This document shows, piece by piece, positions 58,016-64,000 of a stretch of DNA of 64,000 nucleotides (positions are counted from its first letter, which is position 1; each line of letters opens with the position of its first letter). The notes under the pieces were generated by a model. It saw nothing but the letters and a program-made list of their open reading frames with translations, did no database searches and was not told the DNA's origin. The position numbers and the translations under genes were made by a program. Origin of the DNA: Dehalococcoidia bacterium. Its GTDB lineage: Bacteria; Chloroflexota; Dehalococcoidia; Lucifugimonadales; VXLM01. The stretch lies in the NCBI GenBank assembly GCA_965242665.1, contig OZ251484.1, positions 1,843,531-1,907,530 on the forward strand, written 5' to 3'.

Positions 58016-58741
58016 CTACCTCGGAGGCTGGAGGCGGCCTTCCTCGAGCGCGTGGACGGCGTCGATGATGAGATTGGTGGCGTACTCGATGCTCATCTCG
58101 CTGGTATTGATGACGAAGTGGTAGAGGTTTGGATCATCCGGATCGTCGATGCCGAAGTAACGTTTGTAGTAGTACGCCCTGGCCTTGTCGCGTGCGACGA
58201 TCGTCCTCTCTGCGTCGCTCCGCGCCATGCGGTCGATGTCCATTACCCTAGCGACTCGGTCTTCCCATCGAGCGACCGTTCCCACGCGCAGGGCGGCGGT
58301 TGCGTCCTTGAGGATCACCGGACTTCCCCTCCCGATGATGACCACGTTGCCTGTATCGGCGAGGTCGTGGATGACCTTGGACATGGCGTCATGGTATTTC
58401 TCATCCTCGATCTCGTGCCCTCTGGTGATCGTGGGCTGCGGCAGTTCCTCGAACTCGTCCGTAAGGAGGGATACGACGCCGGATCCGAGGTACGGGTCGC
58501 CTGCGGCGCCGGATACCGCCGCTCGTTCGAGTATGCGCTGCAACATTCCGGAGAACCGTTCGCCGCGCGACGGAGGACGCTCCTCGCGTTCGTGGAGCGC
58601 GGCGACCGTAGCGCCGACTTGTCGAGCGGCGTTGGTGAGAATGAGACGGTCTACATAGTCCGCGCCCAGTCGCTGGGCGATGCCAGGGCCCAGTCTCCGC
58701 GCGCCTCCGCCGGTGAGTCCGCTGAGCGTCACGATCGACAT
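58016..58741 (-). CDS. Cytidylate kinase-like family protein
   Basis: N-terminal P-loop-like VTLSGLTGGG, VIIGRG, DPNLYHFVINT. Confidence 0.85.
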   Translation of the reverse strand: MSIVTLSGLTGGGARRLGPGIAQRLGADYVDRLILTNAARQVGATVAALHEREERPPSRGERFSGMLQRILERAAVSGAAGDPYLGSGVVSLLTDEFEELPQPTITRGHEIEDEKYHDAMSKVIHDLADTGNVVIIGRGSPVILKDATAALRVGTVARWEDRVARVMDIDRMARSDAERTIVARDKARAYYYKRYFGIDDPDDPNLYHFVINTSEMSIEYATNLIIDAVHALEEGRLQPPR

Positions 58742-58877
58742 GTGTCACCTCCCGAACCCCAAATGGTTGCCTTTCGCTGCCTTGCCCATGGTATCAAATA
58801 TCGAGAGTGCAAGAGAACCGAATGGAACCTCACTCCGCCTTGGCGCAGGGGTCGAGACCAAGGCCCCATGCACGGCG

Positions 58878-60440
58878 CTATGGCCTGGCGAGCCGTCTGC
58901 GTATACCCAGTATTGCGATCCCGACGACGAACGCCGCGCTCGTGAGGTCGACTGCCCCGGTTGGGTGGAGCGGGGCAAAGCAGCTCGAGCCTGGCGCGGG
59001 CGCAGTCGTGTCTTCCGTGTCGTCCATCCCTTGGGCTGGATCGGGCATGGGTGACGGAGCATCGTCGACGTTGGACGAGAGCTCTATCGGCGTTGGGGTT
59101 GGAGCCGGTTCGGGAGTTGCGGTCGGAGTCGACTCTGCTTGTTGGCTTCCGACGGTTTGGACGCCGGCTTGCGGGGTCAGGCTGAAGAGGCCGAGAGTCG
59201 GCTGCGACACGGCGGTCGGCCTTGCTTGGTCGTTCGACGGCGGCGCATATTCCTTGGCTCCGATGGCGTTTCTCCAGAGATTCGTCATCACTACCCGGTC
59301 GCCTTCGTAGGCGTTCGTAAACGCTTGGTCGAGGTCGTCGCCGCGCTTGATGTAGGAAAGGAACTCCGTCAGCCTGTTCGGTCCATACCTGCGCACCAGC
59401 CATCGGACGATGCTGCGCGCCTGCCCGTAGAAGATGATGATGTCTTCGCCCTTGCCCGGTTGGCCGCGCATGAACATTATCGGCAGGACGCGGTCTGTCT
59501 GCACGGCGAACTCCAGGGCGATGTCGTACCCGACGGTGGCGTGACCTGCCCGCAGGTTTCCGAACTCTGCAAGACCTTCGTTGAGCCATGAGGGCATGTT
59601 CTGAGCCGTCGGGTTGTACGTCGCGCGGTGAATGATTATGTGGGCGATTTCATGCGCCGTCGTGCCGAGCGCGTCGCGGCCGCCCGCCTCCACCATGACC
59701 ACGCCTTCTTGGACGTGCGCTTGACCGTCTATGATGACCCCGTGTCCGATCGCGCCGTATCGCGGGGGGTATGCGTCCACAAGCTCGGCTGCGTTGTTGT
59801 ACATCGTCACTCGAACGGGGTCTTCGTGGACTGCGCCGTAGATTGGGCTGATGATGTCGATCGTGCGCTTCGATGTGTCCAGCACGTCCATCGCCCGCTT
59901 CTCCACCGGGCCGTGGTACGATACCGTGACGATGCCGTCGGTTATATCTTCCCACTCGTACCGCACGTCGACGTAGACGAGCTCCTGCGGGTCGGTCTCG
60001 ATCAGGTTCCCCTCCGAGTCGGTGATCTCAAATCGGTACGTGATGATCGTGCCCGGAGGGATATAGTTGGACGAGGTGTTCGTGCGCCAGTAGAGCTCCG
60101 CTCTGACTTGCTTCCCCGGCGTCAGATCAGGGGTTCTCCCCCTGCCGCCGATGAATTCTCCGCCTTCATCGCCCATGTATTCGTACACTCCCCGCACGCG
60201 TTGTCCGATCCTCATGCGGAGGGCGATCTGAGTAATGTCGTACTCGCCGCGCGCCTCGATCTTCACGCGGAATCCGTCTGGAAACTCGCTCGCCGCGCTG
60301 GATTCCACTACCTCGATGGGAGAAGACGTAGATTCCTGTGCGGACAAGGGAGCGGATGAGAGCATGAGGGCTCCTCCCGCAATCAGGAGAAGCAGGGTCG
60401 TCCGCCCGATCCATGAGAAGTGAACATTCATTGGAGTCAT
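58878..60440 (-). CDS. Secreted gluzincin-type (peptidase MA-like) metallopeptidase with C-terminal membrane anchor
   Basis: Signal peptide, HEIAH plus WLNEGLAE, P/T-rich linker, GSSC + TM + RRR tail. Confidence 0.82.
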   Translation of the reverse strand: MTPMNVHFSWIGRTTLLLLIAGGALMLSSAPLSAQESTSSPIEVVESSAASEFPDGFRVKIEARGEYDITQIALRMRIGQRVRGVYEYMGDEGGEFIGGRGRTPDLTPGKQVRAELYWRTNTSSNYIPPGTIITYRFEITDSEGNLIETDPQELVYVDVRYEWEDITDGIVTVSYHGPVEKRAMDVLDTSKRTIDIISPIYGAVHEDPVRVTMYNNAAELVDAYPPRYGAIGHGVIIDGQAHVQEGVVMVEAGGRDALGTTAHEIAHIIIHRATYNPTAQNMPSWLNEGLAEFGNLRAGHATVGYDIALEFAVQTDRVLPIMFMRGQPGKGEDIIIFYGQARSIVRWLVRRYGPNRLTEFLSYIKRGDDLDQAFTNAYEGDRVVMTNLWRNAIGAKEYAPPSNDQARPTAVSQPTLGLFSLTPQAGVQTVGSQQAESTPTATPEPAPTPTPIELSSNVDDAPSPMPDPAQGMDDTEDTTAPAPGSSCFAPLHPTGAVDLTSAAFVVGIAILGIRRRLARP

Positions 60441-60557
60441 CCTCGCGTTCGTCCATGCGAGCGCCTCCTGGCTCCGCGCTCGCAGCGTCTATGGTTCAAG
60501 AAACGTTTCGCGGCTGTTTCGGGTTGTCGCGCGCTTCCTCGGGATATACAGGTCGCA

Positions 60558-61289
60558 TCACAGATTCAGTTGAGTCATCTGGTCGGAATAGTCCACGATC
60601 TGCTCCGATCCGGACTGGACTTCACCAATAGCTCGGAGCGTCTGCCTCAGGAGCGCAGCCTCATTCAGCAGTCCAGTAAATTGCACCCGTCCGTTTATCA
60701 CTGTCTTGGGCACGCCTCGGATCTTTTGCAAGTCTACCATATCCGGGAAGGAACCGACCTCGATCACGTCGGCCGAAACCCTCTCGGACTCCCGCGCCAT
60801 CGCCGCGGCCGCGCTTGCCGTCTCGTCGCAGTATGGGCTGTTTGCGCTAACGAACACTTGGATGTGGACGTCCTCGGACAGCCGGCGCAACCGGCGTCGA
60901 GTCTCCAACTGGAACGGCGATCCCCTTGCAGAAGCTCCGAGAAGTATAGAGAGCAGTGTCGGCAAGAGGCGGCCGGCGGGCAGCCCGTAGAATCGAGCTC
61001 TGCTCGAACCGTCGCGGCTGATCGTGAAGCAGGGTATGCGGGTGACGCCCTGCCGTTGTGCGGCGATCGGGTTGGCGTAGTAGTCGATCGTCTCTATCGT
61101 CACCTTGCCAGAAAGCCCGGCGACCTCCTCGAGCAGGTCTTGGACCGGGCGGCACGCCGCGCATTCGCGGCCCGGGACGATTATCCCTCCGCTCGACGAC
61201 GTGAAGAATCGTATCACCACGTCTCGACGTACCTCGTTCTCGACGTACCGGCGCACGACTTGCATCTCTTCAAACGACAGAACCGGCAT
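60558..61289 (-). CDS. Two-domain thioredoxin-fold protein (PDO / AhpF N-terminal-like)
   Basis: CAAC first site, SPYC second site, FYGLPAG, RGVPKTVIN. Confidence 0.82.
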   Translation of the reverse strand: MPVLSFEEMQVVRRYVENEVRRDVVIRFFTSSSGGIIVPGRECAACRPVQDLLEEVAGLSGKVTIETIDYYANPIAAQRQGVTRIPCFTISRDGSSRARFYGLPAGRLLPTLLSILLGASARGSPFQLETRRRLRRLSEDVHIQVFVSANSPYCDETASAAAAMARESERVSADVIEVGSFPDMVDLQKIRGVPKTVINGRVQFTGLLNEAALLRQTLRAIGEVQSGSEQIVDYSDQMTQLNL

Positions 61290-61351
61290 TCCCAACTCCC
61301 AAGTTCACCGCTTTGTCTGTATTGTATCAGGCCGTGCGGCGTCGACGGCGG

Positions 61352-61942
61352 TCATGAGTCCGCAGCCGCCCTGGCGACGTGGATGATGCGCTGCGCCGTG
61401 GTGAAGATCGTCAGAGAAGCGATGACTCCCAGCACGATCAAGACGGCCGGCTCCCACCACTCGCCGATGATGAGGCCTGCACCAAGCGCCGCCACCCGTT
61501 CGGGGCGCTGCATCAAGCCGTGTGTGCATTCGATTCCCAGCCCCTCCGCGCGCGCGCGCACGTAGCTTACCATGATGGACCCGCAGACCGCAGCGTAGAC
61601 GAGGACGACGCCCAAGATAGACCCATCGTCTGCATAGAACCATAGCAGACCCAACAGCGCCGCCGCTTCCGATACGCGGTCCATCACCGAGTCGAACAGC
61701 GCCCCGAATTTCGTCGCGCGGCCAGTCAGACGGGCGACTGCGCCGTCGAACATATCGAATAGCCCGGCCAACAGTACTACGAGCCCTCCGGCCGCGAGCA
61801 TGTCGAGCGCAATCAGGGCCGCCGCCGCTCCGGACAGCAGAACGCCAATCATCGTTAGGACGTTGGGCGAAAGGCCGACCTTGACCATTGCGCCCGCTAT
61901 GGAGTCGAGAATCGGAGAGAGGAGATTTCTGGCTCGGTGCAT
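61352..61942 (-). CDS. CDP-alcohol phosphatidyltransferase (PI/PIP synthase-like)
   Basis: PNVLT, DMFDGAVAR...GALFDSVMDR, SYVRARAEGLG, RPER. Confidence 0.9.
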   Translation of the reverse strand: MHRARNLLSPILDSIAGAMVKVGLSPNVLTMIGVLLSGAAAALIALDMLAAGGLVVLLAGLFDMFDGAVARLTGRATKFGALFDSVMDRVSEAAALLGLLWFYADDGSILGVVLVYAAVCGSIMVSYVRARAEGLGIECTHGLMQRPERVAALGAGLIIGEWWEPAVLIVLGVIASLTIFTTAQRIIHVARAAADS

Positions 61943-61945
61943 CGT

Positions 61946-63241
61946 TCAGGATAGTCTCTCGCTCTCGTGTTCGTTGGTCGCGGCGTGTGGAGGCCGCGCG
62001 ACGCCGAGGGAATTCGGCCCGAGTGCGTTCTCGTTGGAAGGGTGGACGGTGTCGTAACACTCGGCGTAGTAGTCCATCACCTGCCGCGCTACGCGCTCCC
62101 AGCGAAAGACTTCCGCGCGCCTCTGCGCGTTCTCCCCAAGGCGCTGCCGGAGAGCTTGATCCGTCAAGATGCGGCCCAAGGATTCCTCCAGCGCGCGCAC
62201 GTCCTCCGGCGGGAAGGTGAGACCGTCGACCCCATCGCGGAGCACGGTCTCGTAGCCGGGAATTGCGCTGGCAACCACCGGCAACCCCGCGGCCATCGCC
62301 TCGACGAGTACGAGGCCAAAGCTCTCCCCGCCCGTTGCGGGAGAGCAGTACACGTCTGCGGTCCTCAAGTAGCGGAACTTGTCCTCGTCCGATACTCCGC
62401 CGACGAACAGCACATCCCGCAGGCTCCGCTCGCCCGCGATCCGTTGGCACTCGGCGTCTGGGTTGCCGGGGCCAATGACGATGAGCCGCAGATTCGGCCA
62501 GTCCCATTTCAACTTGCTGTATGCAAGGAGTAGGTATTTCAATCCCTTGCGCTTGTCGCCGCGGCCAAGGAACAACAGATTGATCATCCCGTCCTGAAGA
62601 CGCCGAAATGGCTTGATGTCCCCCTGATACTGATCGACCCGCACTCCGTTGGGAATGAGCGCGTAGTCGCCCGGGAATATGCTGCTAATGAACTCTTTCG
62701 CGGGTTGGGAGACGGCAATCCGTCCGTGAAGCATGTTGAAATACGGCTGAGCGATGCGCGCGCCGCCAAAGCTGTACACTCGAGAGCCCGGGAATGCGTG
62801 GAATGTGCCGATGTTGACGGACGTGGATTGCCCCAGCATTCCAACGCAGACGTAGCTGGAGAACGGTTCGTGCATGTGGATGATGTCGAACTGCTCCTCG
62901 TCGAGCATCCGCTTGATCCGCCTACGCAGCCATACCGAGATGGAGATTCGACCGACCGATCCTCTGCTCGGCAGAGGGACGGGTTTCCCCATCGGGATGA
63001 ACCCGGCATCATCGACCCTGCCCTCGTCCGAGCACGGCCCTATGATTCGGACGTCGTGCCCCCATGCGCGGAGTTGGCGCGCGAGCTCGCGGACGTGAGT
63101 TTGGACACCGCCTCTCGATGCGAGGTCGTAGGCCGAGGCGAGGGCAATCTTGAATGTCCGGCCGCACCCTCCAGGAGCGGCGCTCTCGGCCGATGGTCCA
63201 TCCGTCGCGGCGGTTCCTTGGTTTGGATGCGCGTAGGTCAC
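61946..63241 (-). CDS. GT4 glycosyltransferase, PimA-like
   Basis: GGVQTHV, HMHEP, IPNGV, RKG, DVYCSPATGGESFGLVLVEAMAAG. Confidence 0.88.
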   Translation of the reverse strand: MTYAHPNQGTAATDGPSAESAAPGGCGRTFKIALASAYDLASRGGVQTHVRELARQLRAWGHDVRIIGPCSDEGRVDDAGFIPMGKPVPLPSRGSVGRISISVWLRRRIKRMLDEEQFDIIHMHEPFSSYVCVGMLGQSTSVNIGTFHAFPGSRVYSFGGARIAQPYFNMLHGRIAVSQPAKEFISSIFPGDYALIPNGVRVDQYQGDIKPFRRLQDGMINLLFLGRGDKRKGLKYLLLAYSKLKWDWPNLRLIVIGPGNPDAECQRIAGERSLRDVLFVGGVSDEDKFRYLRTADVYCSPATGGESFGLVLVEAMAAGLPVVASAIPGYETVLRDGVDGLTFPPEDVRALEESLGRILTDQALRQRLGENAQRRAEVFRWERVARQVMDYYAECYDTVHPSNENALGPNSLGVARPPHAATNEHESERLS

Positions 63242-63356
63242 GGTTACTCTCCGAGTCGGTTAGTCCGAGCCGTTCCTCTTTCCTTTCTCGCGCTGCCGTG
63301 CCGCCCTACTCGTATAGTGGCAGCCGCAGCGATCGCCGCAAACACGGATACCCCAA

Positions 63357-64000
63357 TTACCCATTGCAGCCATCATTGGTTCTCACGTTAGTTCGTCTTT
63401 GACTTCCTCCGGACTTCTTCCCGTTGCATGGACGACACAGCAGTTACCCGATTCGTGATGTAGTTCTCGCCGCCATCCTTCTCCGGCAAGATATGGTCGA
63501 TCTCCATGTATTCACTCTCCATCTCCCGACCGCATCCGGCACACGTGACGAGACCAGTCGCCGTACCCTGCGCTTCCGCAGGATAGTCGAACATCTCATG
63601 CCGAAACAGCCGCTGCCCCTTCTCCGGCTGCCGCTGCCACTCGAGCCTGAGGTCCGGAGTGGCAACCTCCCCATCGTCCGTCCGCTCCGGCGGCGTCTGA
63701 GTTACCGTCAGATGCTCCAAAGCGAACATCCGCTTCTCCGCCTCCAAGCGGCTGACGGTAAGGTCTTTCGTTTCTTCCCAAAGGTCGATGGCGACCCACT
63801 GACGGTTCAATCGCTCCGCCGCCACAGCCGTCGTGGCGCACCCGGCGAACGGGTCGAGCACAAGATCGCCTTCGTTGGACGATGCCCTGATGATGCGTTC
63901 GTACAAGGCGAGAGGTTTCTGGGTTGGGTAGCCGACCATTTCCTTGATCAACCGTTGTACTGGTGTTATGTCTGACCACCAATCCATTACTACTTTGCCC
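63357..64000 (-). pseudogene. 3' part of a third DNA methyltransferase-HNH fusion, frameshifted within the HNH (5' end outside window)
   Basis: GYPTQKP, DPFAGC, CAGCG...IDHILP...NRV. An extra A at 63444/63445 diverts the frame; the shifted frame reads LLCRPCNGKK to a stop at 63357. Frame is open to base 64000. Confidence 0.75.

Noticed and set aside
63269-63295. CGTTCCTCTTTCCTTTCTCGCG resembling the cassette hairpin right end
   Set aside because: It is low-complexity purine-rich sequence upstream of the GT4 start, with no partner inverted repeat or internal motif.

Overview
GC-rich (about 60-65% by eye) bacterial chromosome segment. It is most consistent with a Chloroflexota (Dehalococcoidia/SAR202-like) organism, possibly host- or sponge-associated; this is inferred from gene content only. 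The housekeeping backbone comprises a complete MoxR-DUF58-BatA-E operon, an Aap-type amino acid ABC transporter, ftsY, xerD, uvrC, an NfeD/SPFH cluster, hisIE, the tRNA-Thr/Tyr/Thr-tuf-rpmG-secE-nusG-rplKAJL cluster and a displaced tRNA-Gly. Four accessory layers stand out. (1) A dispersed non-coding element (about 2.5-3.1 kb and 48.1-48.5 kb) carries a near-consensus sigma70 promoter with a LexA-type box (AGAAC-N4-GTACT) in its spacer, five 10-bp helically phased repeats and a terminal ~95-bp hairpin. The same box sits upstream of the DNA-repair radical SAM gene. (2) The same hairpin ends define a MITE-like family, including one insertion with a target-site duplication. (3) Three single-chain beta-class DNA methyltransferase-HNH fusion genes are present: two in tandem with conserved flanks but unrelated central target-recognition regions, and a third whose HNH is broken by a 1-nt frameshift. 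(4) Several tandem duplications (Yip1 x3, zinc-ribbon/PPC membrane protein x2, MTase x2) have junction microhomologies that can still be read. No CRISPR array, rRNA or intact transposase was found.
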